A stretch of 64,000 nucleotides of DNA, taken from a virus. Taxonomy: Duplodnaviria > Caudoviricetes. Location: positions 1,908 through 65,907 of the IMG/VR virus record IMGVR_UViG_3300045284_000385. The stretch is one strand, 5' to 3'. This document shows, piece after piece, positions 28,023 to 37,692 of the stretch. A model generated the notes under the pieces. The model had not been told where the DNA came from, searched no databases, and worked only from the letters and a program-made list of their open reading frames with translations. A program made the position numbers and the translations under genes. The first letter of the stretch is position 1. Every line of letters begins with the position of its first letter.

Positions 28023-29029
28023 TGGCAAGGAAACTCATCAATCTGAAGCTTGCTGAAGTTGCACTCGTCGATTCACCTGCCAATCCAGGGGCGACAGTGC
28101 TGCTGTACAAAAGGGCTGAAGAAGGCGGATCAGAATCTGTTCGCGTAGCGGAAATCCAAGGCAAGTCGGTAGTAATCGACAAAAACGGACATCCAATAGG
28201 ACGATTTATACGTTGGCAGGATATGAAGACAAAAGGTCAGCCGGTCGAGAAGGGAATTGACTTTGCCTGCCCGAACTGCGAAACGCCTTTGCAGAGCATG
28301 TATCAGGACGGAGAATATCAGATACCGAATTTTTGCGGAGAATGTGGAGCCTCGCTCAGCCTGATGGCTACGGGGGGCAATATGCAAAAGAAAAAGGAGA
28401 AATCTAAGATGCCTGAATTCAAGAAAGAAGATCTGACTCCCGAAGCCAAAGCTTATGTGGAAGGTATTGAGAAAGAATTGAAGGATTCCATAGTGGCTCA
28501 AGCGGAATTGAGCAAGAGGCTCGAAACCGCTACAAAGAAGGAAGAGCCAGAAGACATCTGGAAGGGCGTCAACCCAGCGGTCAAGAAACAGTTCGAAGAG
28601 ATGCAGACCAAGACCGCCGAAGCCGAGCGGATTGCCAAGTCTGAGCGCGAAGCCAGGGAGCTGTCAGAGTTCACTAAGAAAGCGGAGAAGGAATTCTCCT
28701 ATCTGCCAGGTGAAGCTGCGGCCAAGGGAAAGATCCTGCAGGCTGTCAATAGTAAGCTCTCGAAGGAAGAGACTGCAGAGCTTGAGAAGCTGCTCAAGGC
28801 TGCGGATGAGATTGCCAAGAGCGGCAAGGTCTTCTCCGAGATGGGCGCCACGGGAAGCGGAAACATTGCGGATTCCGATTCCGCTGAAGGCCAGATCAAT
28901 GCTCGTGCGGCAGAACTGGTTTCCAAAGGCGTTGTCAAAACAATCATAGAAGGGATTTCGAAAATCGCCAAAGAGGACCCCAGTCTTTACGAGAGTTATC
29001 GCAAAGAGGTCGTGCGACGCGCCAACTGA
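28022..29029 (+). CDS. Head scaffold/protease-associated protein with zinc ribbon
   Basis: LAEVALVDSPAN motif, CPNC/CGEC, coiled-coil C-half; probable internal start at 28409 (AAGGAG RBS). Confidence 0.75.
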   Translation: MARKLINLKLAEVALVDSPANPGATVLLYKRAEEGGSESVRVAEIQGKSVVIDKNGHPIGRFIRWQDMKTKGQPVEKGIDFACPNCETPLQSMYQDGEYQIPNFCGECGASLSLMATGGNMQKKKEKSKMPEFKKEDLTPEAKAYVEGIEKELKDSIVAQAELSKRLETATKKEEPEDIWKGVNPAVKKQFEEMQTKTAEAERIAKSEREARELSEFTKKAEKEFSYLPGEAAAKGKILQAVNSKLSKEETAELEKLLKAADEIAKSGKVFSEMGATGSGNIADSDSAEGQINARAAELVSKGVVKTIIEGISKIAKEDPSLYESYRKEVVRRAN

Positions 29030-29112
29030 ACAATTAGCTCTCCAGTATAAATAATTCTGGAGGTCGGAAGCCTTGAGCTCGGAACCCCGAAACAACGATG
29101 GAGGTTTCGACA

Positions 29113-29502
29113 ATGGCTTTCGAGCAACCAGGATTCAAAATCACTCTTCCGGCCGGTGGCGATCTTTCCAGCTCACAGTATAAATTCGTCAAACTGAACA
29201 CCAGCGGTCAGGCTGTTGATATCGCCGCTGCGACGGACATTCCTTGCGGTGTTCTTCAGAACAAACCAACATCAGGACAGGCAGCCGAGATCATGGTGGC
29301 TGGCATATCGAAGATACAAGGCGATGTGAACCTTGCCAAGGCCGATATGATCGGATGTTCTTCTGATGGTCAGGCCTCTGTTGTGGTGGCCGGCACCGAC
29401 ACGACAAAGTATGTCTTGGGCCAGGTGATCGATGACAATACTGTCGCCGCAGGTTTGATATCCGCGCTGATTCAATGCTACAACCCGCATCGAGGCGCTT
29501 AG
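29113..29502 (+). CDS. Capsid decoration/cement protein (DUF2190-like)
   Basis: DLSSSQYKFVKL, GVLQNKP..GQAAEIMVAGISK; upstream of the capsid gene. Confidence 0.8.
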   Translation: MAFEQPGFKITLPAGGDLSSSQYKFVKLNTSGQAVDIAAATDIPCGVLQNKPTSGQAAEIMVAGISKIQGDVNLAKADMIGCSSDGQASVVVAGTDTTKYVLGQVIDDNTVAAGLISALIQCYNPHRGA

Positions 29503-29690
29503 TGGACGTTTACAAAGAAGTTCGGTGTCAAATGTGTGGCAAGCTGCTCTGCAAGGTATCAGGCGAGGGGTGCAAAATAGAAATCAAGTGTCGCTGCAAA
29601 CGTCTTGTCATTGTTGAGACCAGCTCGCTTCAAGAACCCAATTTCGAAAGGGCCGTTGTTCCAAAAGAATTGAGGTCTGCGACGGTCTAG
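29502..29690 (+). CDS. Mu Com-like zinc-finger translational regulator
   Basis: EVRCQMCGKLL...IEIKCRCK; GTG coupled to upstream stop. Confidence 0.8.
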   Translation: MDVYKEVRCQMCGKLLCKVSGEGCKIEIKCRCKRLVIVETSSLQEPNFERAVVPKELRSATV

Positions 29691-29725
29691 GAAGCACCGC
29701 ACTAATTTATTGCCTGCCGAGATCT

Positions 29726-29776
29726 GAGTCCACGGGACCGGAATCCTAAAACCAATTCAGGAGGTTTTAGGTTTCC
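29726..29776 (+). promoter_or_regulatory. Hairpin occluding the capsid translation start region
   Basis: GGAATCCTAAAACC (29740-53) pairs with GGTTTTAGGTTTCC (29763-76), 13 of 14 pairs, enclosing AGGAGG and ending at the ATG. Confidence 0.7.
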
Positions 29777-30745
29777 ATGCCCAAACCAATTGTCATTCGC
29801 AAATCACAGCCTACGCAGTCCGATGTCCATATTGACGCGTTGCTCACGAACATTAGCGTCGCCTATGTACAGGCGGATTACGTCGCCGACCAGGTTTTTC
29901 CAGTCATTCCCGTTGATAAACAGAGCAACAAATACTTTATCTATACGAAGAATGATTGGTTCAGGGATGAAGCGCGCGCCCGCGCGGACTCGACTGAATC
30001 TGCCGGCTCCGGGTACGGACTTTCGACCGCTAGCTATTTTTCAGATGTCTTTGCTATCCATAAAGACGTCGGGGATCAGGTTCGCGGTAATACGGACTCT
30101 CCGCTTGATCCAGATCGGGATGCCACGCTGTTTCTTACGCAGCGGTTGCTTCTACGTCGCGAGATTCAATGGGTCGCTGACTTCTTTGCGACAAGCATCT
30201 GGGCGACCGATGCCACCCCGGCTAATCTCTGGTCTGACTATACCGCATCGGATCCCATCGATGACATCGAGCTCGGCAAGCAGACAATCCTGAGCACTAC
30301 TGGCTTTATGCCGAATACGCTCCTGCTCGGTTATCAGGTCTTCCGCAAGTTAAAGCATCATCCGGACATCGTCGACCGGTTCAAATATACCACCGCCAAT
30401 GTTGTGACCGAACAACTATTGGCCAGCCTTTTTGGAGTCGATCGGGTCCTCGTGGCCAAGGCCGTGAAGGCAACCAACGTCGAGGGTGAGACCGCAGCCT
30501 ATTCCTTCACTCACGGCAAGAACGCTTTGCTCTGTTACTCAAATCCAAGCCCTGGATTGCTGGCTCCCTCGGCTGGCTACATCTTCACATGGACTGGAGT
30601 AAGCGGCGGGCTTGGGACCAATATCGGAATTTCCCGTTTCCGCATGGAGCAGTTGAAGGCAGATCGAATCGAAGGTCAGCTTGCGTTTGATAACAAGGCT
30701 GTGGCGACCGACCTTGGGTACTTCTTTTCCGGAGCCGTCGCATAA
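29777..30745 (+). CDS. Major capsid protein
   Basis: HIDALLTNISVAY, ADQVFPVIPV, PSAGYIF; lambda gpE-like family and position. Confidence 0.9.
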   Translation: MPKPIVIRKSQPTQSDVHIDALLTNISVAYVQADYVADQVFPVIPVDKQSNKYFIYTKNDWFRDEARARADSTESAGSGYGLSTASYFSDVFAIHKDVGDQVRGNTDSPLDPDRDATLFLTQRLLLRREIQWVADFFATSIWATDATPANLWSDYTASDPIDDIELGKQTILSTTGFMPNTLLLGYQVFRKLKHHPDIVDRFKYTTANVVTEQLLASLFGVDRVLVAKAVKATNVEGETAAYSFTHGKNALLCYSNPSPGLLAPSAGYIFTWTGVSGGLGTNIGISRFRMEQLKADRIEGQLAFDNKAVATDLGYFFSGAVA

Positions 30746-30789
30746 GGAAGTTGGACTGATCAATCATCCTTAGTTTTTCGAGGTACTTT

Positions 30790-31170
30790 ATGACAGAGAA
30801 AGAAATCAGAGACTACTGTGCGGCCAATGGGGTTCCTATCTCTACGGTCAAGGTCAAGGGAAAGGATCATCTGCGGGTGCTCGATCTCACCCAGCTTTCA
30901 CAGACCATCCGAGAACATTTCGACGATCAGGGCATGTTTTCCCCTCAGTCCTCTCCGGTAGTGATCGAACCACAAGCCGAAGAAGTAAGTCACGCCAGGC
31001 ATACTGGACAGCTCCAAGATGGATTTCCGGGCAAGGCTGCGCTCGAGGAAGCTGGCCACAATACCTATGCCAAAGTTCGGAAGCTGCGCGATCAAGACAA
31101 GTTGTTGGATGTTCCGGGCATTGGTGAAGCCACGGCGTCCCATATCCAAGAAGCCTTACGGGAGGCCTAA
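30790..31170 (+). CDS. Protein with C-terminal helix-hairpin-helix
   Basis: LLDVPGIGEATA..I. Confidence 0.7.
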   Translation: MTEKEIRDYCAANGVPISTVKVKGKDHLRVLDLTQLSQTIREHFDDQGMFSPQSSPVVIEPQAEEVSHARHTGQLQDGFPGKAALEEAGHNTYAKVRKLRDQDKLLDVPGIGEATASHIQEALREA

Positions 31171-31171
31171 A

Positions 31172-31375
31172 ATGCTCTGCGTCGTTCGAAAGGAATTCGA
31201 TGGGCCCCAGGGTCCAATAGCCCGTGGCACCAAGCTTGATTCTGAAGACTTCCGCCTTGGGCGCCAGTTGATTGAACAGCGGTATCTCGAACCCGTTCTA
31301 GCTTCTGGAAAGACAGGAAGCGAAGAGCGAGATTCTAAGCACTCACGGAGAAAGAAAAATGCAGAGACTAACTAG
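31172..31375 (+). CDS. Small head-associated hypothetical protein
   Basis: GGAGG RBS; QLIEQRYLEP plus basic tail. Confidence 0.55.
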   Translation: MLCVVRKEFDGPQGPIARGTKLDSEDFRLGRQLIEQRYLEPVLASGKTGSEERDSKHSRRKKNAETN

Positions 31376-31790
31376 AGGTTCTGCTCTGGTAGGCCGGCTC
31401 CTGATGGGGGGCGGAAACAGGATGGTCAAAGTTGCCAAGGTGGCTCTGACGGCTCTGGATACGGGCGGAGGCGTTCTGGCATGGGCGAATCCGGAAACAG
31501 GATCGATCCTCATCAGCCGCATCGTGATCGATGTGACCACGAAGAGCACGGGTGCCTGCACTCTGGATATCGGGTCGACGGCAACAAGCGCTGCAACTTC
31601 TGCAAATAACCTGTTGACCGGTGTTGACGTTGGAACAGCCATCGGTGTCTTCGACAATATCACGAACAAGGGTGCAAGCGGAGTCAGCGTTGTAAAGCTA
31701 GCTTCTGGTAAGTGGGTCACAGCTTCGAAAGCTTCGGGTGCTGCTGCTGGTCTCGTTGGGTTTGCGTACATTCATTACTGCGACGTCTAA
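31359..31790 (+). CDS. Putative virion structural (decoration) protein
   Basis: A/G/T/V-rich beta protein after the capsid gene. Confidence 0.65.
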   Translation: MQRLTRGSALVGRLLMGGGNRMVKVAKVALTALDTGGGVLAWANPETGSILISRIVIDVTTKSTGACTLDIGSTATSAATSANNLLTGVDVGTAIGVFDNITNKGASGVSVVKLASGKWVTASKASGAAAGLVGFAYIHYCDV

Positions 31791-31802
31791 AGAGGTCCAC
31801 CT

Positions 31803-32243
31803 GTGTTTACGTTAGTCTCCTCCGCTGCACGAGTCGCAAGCGGCAACAGTGGCGATCTGAATCAGAGCAATACGACCGGATTCAAGCCGGAACGGACGCT
31901 GGGAGCAATCCTGGTCCTGACGGTTTCGGTCGCTGCCACGGACGCCGGAGACACGCTCGACGTGTACGTTCAAAACAGCATTGATGCCGGTGCCACCTAT
32001 GATGACTTCATCCACTTCACGCAAGTCTTAGGTAATGGCGGCGCTAAAACTTTTGTTGCCAAGTGGCATCGGGATCTGACGCCAGAACGAGAGCTTGGAG
32101 CGATTCAAGATGCTGCAATGGCCGCCGGAGTTAACCAGGGGGTTGTCGGGCCAAACTGGCGGGTGAAGTGGGTGATCGTCGATGCTGGCACAGTCAACGT
32201 TTCCTTCACCTTCAAGGTTGAGATGCTCCCGATTTATCGATAA
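31803..32243 (+). CDS. Putative virion structural protein
   Basis: TLDVYVQNSIDAG..YDD..HFTQV...WRVKWVI jelly-roll-like pattern. Confidence 0.65.
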   Translation: MFTLVSSAARVASGNSGDLNQSNTTGFKPERTLGAILVLTVSVAATDAGDTLDVYVQNSIDAGATYDDFIHFTQVLGNGGAKTFVAKWHRDLTPERELGAIQDAAMAAGVNQGVVGPNWRVKWVIVDAGTVNVSFTFKVEMLPIYR

Positions 32244-32261
32244 CAAGGAGAACTGAACGTT

Positions 32262-32558
32262 ATGAAACGCACGGTTGAAATCAATTTTGAGTTTACCTCG
32301 AAGGCCGCATTGAGAAGCGATGGGACCCTGGCTTATTCGCTCACCGTCACAGTCCCGCGGATGGAAGGGAAAGGGGCCGATGTCGGTTATACCGAACATG
32401 CCATCTCTCCAGAGATTCAAGCAGAGTTGACGGCGGTTCTCCAGAAGGCGGCTGATTCAGTCCTCGAGACGACGCTTTCAAAAGCGCAAAGGGGGGCAGC
32501 TGTGACTCCTCCCTATGAGATTGTTGAGGATGCGGAGGCAACAGCTAAGACGAAATAG
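32262..32558 (+). CDS. Hypothetical protein
   Basis: AAGGAG RBS, 98 aa. Confidence 0.65.
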   Translation: MKRTVEINFEFTSKAALRSDGTLAYSLTVTVPRMEGKGADVGYTEHAISPEIQAELTAVLQKAADSVLETTLSKAQRGAAVTPPYEIVEDAEATAKTK

Positions 32559-32605
32559 AAAGGCATTCATTTTTCTTTCAATCTTCGAAAGTTAAGGAGT
32601 GGGGA

Positions 32606-33331
32606 ATGTTAGAACTCACAGCAAGAGAAGTTGAGCGAATGGAAATTGGATCTTTTGGAAACAGTCGTGTCGACAGCAAGGTAATCAATAAGGTAATCCG
32701 AGCTGTTCCGGAACTTCCGAAGGCCGTCACCGTTTGGCAGAAGGTAAAATATTTCGGCATCCCAAAAGCTGGAGTTGACCGAAGCCTCAATGCCTGGCGC
32801 TTTCGGAATCTGGTGAATCTCAAACGGGCATTCTTCAAAATTGCCTTGGCGGAATTTGTCGGTATCCCACACTTTTATGGAGAGCTGTACCTCAAAAAGA
32901 TATCCGCCGGCCAAGTCGATGATCTCGGTCTTGCGTCTCTCCGCTTGATCACGACCAACGGTGTCGGCTTCATCGTTGATGCCTTCGAAAATCTTGTGGA
33001 ACTAGAGATCATGAAGTTCCACGGCATAGGGACCGGTACCAATGCTGAAAACGCCTCCGACTCAGCCCTCCAGACCGAGTTGACCACTCAGTACAACCCA
33101 GACAACACACGGGCGACCGGGACCACGTCTGAAACATCCTCAAACATCTATCAATCGATCGGGACCAATGCAGTTGATGCCGGCGTAGCCATTACGGAGC
33201 ATGGGCTCATGAGCGTATCGACTTCTGGGTCCGGAGTACTCTTCGATCGCAGTGTGTTCTCCGCTGTGAACCTGGCGTCGGGAGATTCTTTACAATCAAC
33301 CTATCTTGGGACTTTCAACTCTGGTGGTTAA
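32606..33331 (+). CDS. Fibre/structural subunit (module 1)
   Basis: LITTNG, GIGTGT..ASDSALQTE, ITEHGL, LFDRSVFSAVNL.SGDSLQ.TY phage fibre-associated pattern. Confidence 0.7.
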   Translation: MLELTAREVERMEIGSFGNSRVDSKVINKVIRAVPELPKAVTVWQKVKYFGIPKAGVDRSLNAWRFRNLVNLKRAFFKIALAEFVGIPHFYGELYLKKISAGQVDDLGLASLRLITTNGVGFIVDAFENLVELEIMKFHGIGTGTNAENASDSALQTELTTQYNPDNTRATGTTSETSSNIYQSIGTNAVDAGVAITEHGLMSVSTSGSGVLFDRSVFSAVNLASGDSLQSTYLGTFNSGG

Positions 33332-33495
33332 TGATGGCTGAAGAACCCATCATACAGCACACTCCCACTGATAAACCTGGCGAAACATTTCATGCGCCAG
33401 GGAGCATCATGGAGTTGCCGCACGGGAAGAAATATCGCCTCACTGAAAAGGGTTGGGAATTGATCGATGAAAAAAACATTCCTCCTGCTGCTTAA
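33331..33495 (+). CDS. 54-aa protein (not in ORF track)
   Basis: TAATG coupling; MMAEEPIIQH...LPHGKKYRLTEKGWELI. Confidence 0.55.
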   Translation: MMAEEPIIQHTPTDKPGETFHAPGSIMELPHGKKYRLTEKGWELIDEKNIPPAA

Positions 33496-36448
33496 CCTGC
33501 TGGTCAGTTCCTACTCGTTTGCTCAGATTCCTTCTACTTTGGGCTGGTATGACATCCCGAACAGCAAGATCCGGCCTGTCTGCTCAACCGATCCAACTGT
33601 TCAGGGAATTGACGGTTGCCCCGGTGTGACGATTGCGTGGAACAGTGGAGTAATGGACACGCTTCGGAATCGTCTGATTGTTTGGGGCGGCGGACATGGC
33701 GATTATTTCGGCAATGAAATCTACGCGGTCAATCTGAGTACTCTAACCACAACTCGAATCACCAATCCAGGCTTACCAGTGGCTCCGAGCGGGCAGAATC
33801 CAGAAGCGATTGCTGGAGGAACTCAGCCTAATAGTCGGCACACTTACGATGGTATCTCTTATATGGCGAACATCGATAAGATGTTTGTTTATGGAGGGTC
33901 ATTAGCCCAATTAGGATTTGCTTCTCGCGGTACGTGGCTTTTCAATTTCGCCACGAATCTTTGGGAAGATCGCACCAACGCAACCGGCACGATTCCAAAC
34001 GGAGATTACGGCATCGTCTCTGCCTATGACCCCAACACAGGCCTGGTGTTCCTCCACGACAACTACAACCTGTTTTCCTACAACGCCAGCACAAACGCCT
34101 ACACGCGACTGACGAACAATGCCAGTGCGGCCATCGACTACCACTGTGCGGCGGCAATCGATCCGGTCCTGAAGAGGTTCGTGATTGTCGGTGGGAATCT
34201 GACCTGGTCATGGTACGACATTGCGCCTGGAAGCTCTTATGTCATACAAACCCTACCTCAGACAGGAGCCGGTAGTTTGGTTGGTGCAGGCTATCCAGGT
34301 TTTGATTGGGATTCTATAACCGGACATCTTGTTGGATGGCCTGGAGGAAACAGCGTCTACGCCTACAACTGGACAACTTCATCCTGGACGACTCAGACCT
34401 TTACAGGCGGACCAGCCGCTTTGAGCAACGGCACGATGGGCCGATTCAGTTTCTCTCCAGCTACTGGAGTATTTGTTGTTTACGGTTCAGTCGATGCCGA
34501 TGCGTTCGTTTTACGGACGGAGTTTCCGACTTCTTTCCAGGTTACATCGACGAATACGGGAACTCTTCCGTTCATGGTTGGGCTAGTCTTTAAGAAAGGC
34601 GATTTCCCTAGCAACGCCGTTCTGGATATCACCGATCAACAGGTCATCATTAAGCGCAGGTGGAACGATGGGAGTGTCAAGCATGCCATTGCCTCTGGAC
34701 AGGTGGCGCTGACGGCGAATACCCCCAAAACTGTTAACGTCTTAACCTCTTCCGCAAGCGTCCCCGCGGGTCTTACTTCTGCCAATATTACGGCGGCTGC
34801 TCCCTCGGCCAGTGTGCAACTTGGGGCGATAGGAACGGTTAATCTCTCTTCTTTGCTTGCCGCTCCCTTCAGGACTTGGATCACCGGTCCTGAGATGGTG
34901 GAGTGTCACTACCGATCGAATGTTGGGAGCGACACTTCGCTTAATGTCTGGTTCCACGTTCGTCTTTATAAGGCTGGCCGGATCTGGGTTCGAGCCATCG
35001 TCGAGAACGGTTATGTGGGCGTGTCGGTAGGAAAATCCTATATTCCCACGATCATCATTGGGGGAACGACGGTCTACAACAATGGCGGCGCGACGCTGAA
35101 TCATTATGCAAATACGCGATACAGCTCTGAGGGATGGATCGGAGGAAACCCTGCGGTAACTCCAAAACACGTCACGCAATATCTGATCGATACGAAGCTT
35201 GTTCCGAATTACTGGAAGCGAAATCCAAGTAACCTGAACGGCCTCTTGCAGGTTTACACCCCCATGTCAAACGGAAGTCTGGAGGCCACAATGGGGAATG
35301 CTGGTTATCAGCCAGGGATAGGATTGCTTCCTCAGTGGGATGCTCTTTACATTACGAGCACAGACGCTAGAGCGTTTAGATCCTGTTTGGCTAATTCCTC
35401 ACATCTGAATAGTTACGGAATCGTTTGGAGAAACTCTTCCACTCAGCTTGTTGTTAAGCCTTCTGACAATCCTACCCCGTTAAACGCTTATGGCTGGGTA
35501 GCTGGTCCGTTAACGTGGGAGATGAATCATTACCCGTCTGAGGGCTACACCGCTTACTTGGTCAGCGGTGACTATTGGCACTATGAGACGATGCTTTTCA
35601 ACACAGCCATGTCGCTGATGCTACTGAATGGTGTTGGCGGAAGAGGCAACGGAGTGAGTTGTCTTCTAACTGGAGAAACGCGCGGGACGGCCTGGAATCT
35701 TCGGACACTCTCACAATATGATGGGATATTCCCGGCTGGCGATCCTATCGGAACTGAGTATCAAACGCTCCTAGCCAATAACATGACTTTTTGGCAAACT
35801 GTTAAAAACTCACTCACAGCTCCAGGTCTGGGAGATGTCTATGAATATGGTTTCCCGTATGGGGATGGAACGATAGCTCCGTGGCAGCAACACTTCTTTG
35901 ATCAGTCTGTAGGTATGGGCTCAGACCTTGAACCTCTCGCGAACATGACGGTTTATAACGATGTCCGAACGTTTCTGGACAAGTGGCCTGTCGGTATATT
36001 GGGAGATGCAACAGGATTCTTTTTCAATTATGCCAGTGCTTACAATGCCAAGATTTCAGACTCCGCTGGCGGTGGGGACCCATTAACTTTTTATCCAACC
36101 TGGCTACAGGTCTGGAATGCAAGCAAGGCAAATGGAACTATTCCTCCAAGTCCAGTATTCGACAACATTCTAAAGGGAAGTTCTGGCAGCGATCCGGGCA
36201 TAGCCACGCAAGGTTACTGGGGCAATCTGATGCCCGCCATTGCCTACGCGGTGGATCATGGAGCGGCTGGAGCATCTGCTGCGTGGGCGCGCTTAATTGG
36301 AGCAACTAATTTTTATGGGGCACCAGGAAGCGCAACGGTTGAGGGTAGTGGCTTCGACGACACCCCGCAATGGGGCATTGTGCCGCGTTCAACGGTTCAA
36401 AGTTCAATCCCGACAGCTCCGACCAACGTTCGTGTGATTGGGAACTGA
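33467..36448 (+). CDS. Secreted beta-propeller + polysaccharide-lyase-like (RIFT barrel/alpha-toroid) protein with C-terminal PTAPTNVRV tag
   Basis: Signal peptide ending SFA|Q; WGGGH.DY.GNEIY and SRHTYDG propeller motifs; LPF..G..F.KGD..RWNDGSVKHA; ETRGTAWNLR. Confidence 0.7.
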   Translation: MKKTFLLLLNLLVSSYSFAQIPSTLGWYDIPNSKIRPVCSTDPTVQGIDGCPGVTIAWNSGVMDTLRNRLIVWGGGHGDYFGNEIYAVNLSTLTTTRITNPGLPVAPSGQNPEAIAGGTQPNSRHTYDGISYMANIDKMFVYGGSLAQLGFASRGTWLFNFATNLWEDRTNATGTIPNGDYGIVSAYDPNTGLVFLHDNYNLFSYNASTNAYTRLTNNASAAIDYHCAAAIDPVLKRFVIVGGNLTWSWYDIAPGSSYVIQTLPQTGAGSLVGAGYPGFDWDSITGHLVGWPGGNSVYAYNWTTSSWTTQTFTGGPAALSNGTMGRFSFSPATGVFVVYGSVDADAFVLRTEFPTSFQVTSTNTGTLPFMVGLVFKKGDFPSNAVLDITDQQVIIKRRWNDGSVKHAIASGQVALTANTPKTVNVLTSSASVPAGLTSANITAAAPSASVQLGAIGTVNLSSLLAAPFRTWITGPEMVECHYRSNVGSDTSLNVWFHVRLYKAGRIWVRAIVENGYVGVSVGKSYIPTIIIGGTTVYNNGGATLNHYANTRYSSEGWIGGNPAVTPKHVTQYLIDTKLVPNYWKRNPSNLNGLLQVYTPMSNGSLEATMGNAGYQPGIGLLPQWDALYITSTDARAFRSCLANSSHLNSYGIVWRNSSTQLVVKPSDNPTPLNAYGWVAGPLTWEMNHYPSEGYTAYLVSGDYWHYETMLFNTAMSLMLLNGVGGRGNGVSCLLTGETRGTAWNLRTLSQYDGIFPAGDPIGTEYQTLLANNMTFWQTVKNSLTAPGLGDVYEYGFPYGDGTIAPWQQHFFDQSVGMGSDLEPLANMTVYNDVRTFLDKWPVGILGDATGFFFNYASAYNAKISDSAGGGDPLTFYPTWLQVWNASKANGTIPPSPVFDNILKGSSGSDPGIATQGYWGNLMPAIAYAVDHGAAGASAAWARLIGATNFYGAPGSATVEGSGFDDTPQWGIVPRSTVQSSIPTAPTNVRVIGN

Positions 36449-36452
36449 ATGA

Positions 36453-37106
36453 ATGGCTGCGCGAGTTCTGATAGCCAGCGACGATTTCAATAGAGCAGAC
36501 GGCGCTCTAGGAGCTAATTGGGCGGATATAGATCCAACTTGGGGAACAGTCTCCATAACATCTAACAAAGTCGGAGGGGGATCGGGTGAAGGCGCCGCAT
36601 CTCGATGGATTGGCGCCGGATCATTTATTGATGACCAGTATGCCAGCGTTGTTGTAGGTGGAATTGCGACTACAAATGATTGGGTCGGAGCAATGGTACG
36701 GGTTGGGGCTGGTACTAATGCCTCCAGAAGTTATTATCTACTAGCGTTTACCGATACCGCACCACAGCAGACATATTTGGTCAAGGTAGTAGTTGGCACA
36801 AGTACCACGCTAAAAACTGATACTTCTGTCAGTTGGGCAAATGGAGACAGGATCGAGATAGAGGTAGAAGGAACAACCCTTCGTGGCATGAAAAACGGCG
36901 TGGCTCTTGGCGGAGGTTATACAGTAACGGATTCTAGTATATCTAGCGGATTGCCTGGAATATGGTGTAACAGCAACACACACTTAATAACTGGAGATGA
37001 TTGGCAGGGAGGAAACCTGGTAGCAGCTCTACCATTCTTTATGCCGGCTATGAAGTATCGGCCTTTCCCGTTCAAGCCAGGAAGTTCAAATTTATCGAGG
37101 TTTTAG
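36453..37106 (+). CDS. ConA/lectin-like virion protein
   Basis: SDDFNRADGALGANW...DSSISSGLPGI...DDWQGG. Confidence 0.65.
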   Translation: MAARVLIASDDFNRADGALGANWADIDPTWGTVSITSNKVGGGSGEGAASRWIGAGSFIDDQYASVVVGGIATTNDWVGAMVRVGAGTNASRSYYLLAFTDTAPQQTYLVKVVVGTSTTLKTDTSVSWANGDRIEIEVEGTTLRGMKNGVALGGGYTVTDSSISSGLPGIWCNSNTHLITGDDWQGGNLVAALPFFMPAMKYRPFPFKPGSSNLSRF

Positions 37107-37111
37107 AAAAT

Positions 37112-37690
37112 ATGCCATCTCAATCTTGGGTTCAGCTTGTAAGTGGACAAAGAGCTGCTGGAGCGCTCTACAATACATATACGGCGGCTAAGAGTGTCAT
37201 TAACCAACAAGACCTTTACACGTTCGCGCCAAATTTCTTCCAGATAGGACAAAAGTTAAGAATTACGATCGACGCTGGATTAAGCAATATTGCCACGACG
37301 CCGGGCACGGTCACGTTCCAGGTAATGTTGGGAAGCATTGCTGTTTGGACATCAGGTGCAATCCAGCTTAACGCTACGGCTCACACGCTGTTACCAATCA
37401 GGTTAGTTGTAGGTCTAACTTGCCAACTTGCCAACACTACCGTTGCCGGGGCTGTGGCTAAGCTCATGGGGCAAGGAGTATTGACGGGCGTGATGTTCAC
37501 TTTGACGGCTGGACAGGTGGACGCTGTCAATTGTCCTGGAGCATTTCCTGTGCCTGCTACGGCTCCAGCTCTGGGAACAGCTTTCGATGGAACACTCTCG
37601 CAAACTCTGGATTTCTGGGCAGGCTTCAGCATCTCGAACGCTGGCAACGGAATTCAAGTTGCTCAATATGATCCAGAGGTTACGAACTAA
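37112..37690 (+). CDS. Putative virion structural protein
   Basis: Beta-rich, A/T/G-rich, tightly packed in the module. Confidence 0.65.
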   Translation: MPSQSWVQLVSGQRAAGALYNTYTAAKSVINQQDLYTFAPNFFQIGQKLRITIDAGLSNIATTPGTVTFQVMLGSIAVWTSGAIQLNATAHTLLPIRLVVGLTCQLANTTVAGAVAKLMGQGVLTGVMFTLTAGQVDAVNCPGAFPVPATAPALGTAFDGTLSQTLDFWAGFSISNAGNGIQVAQYDPEVTN

Positions 37691-37692
37691 CG

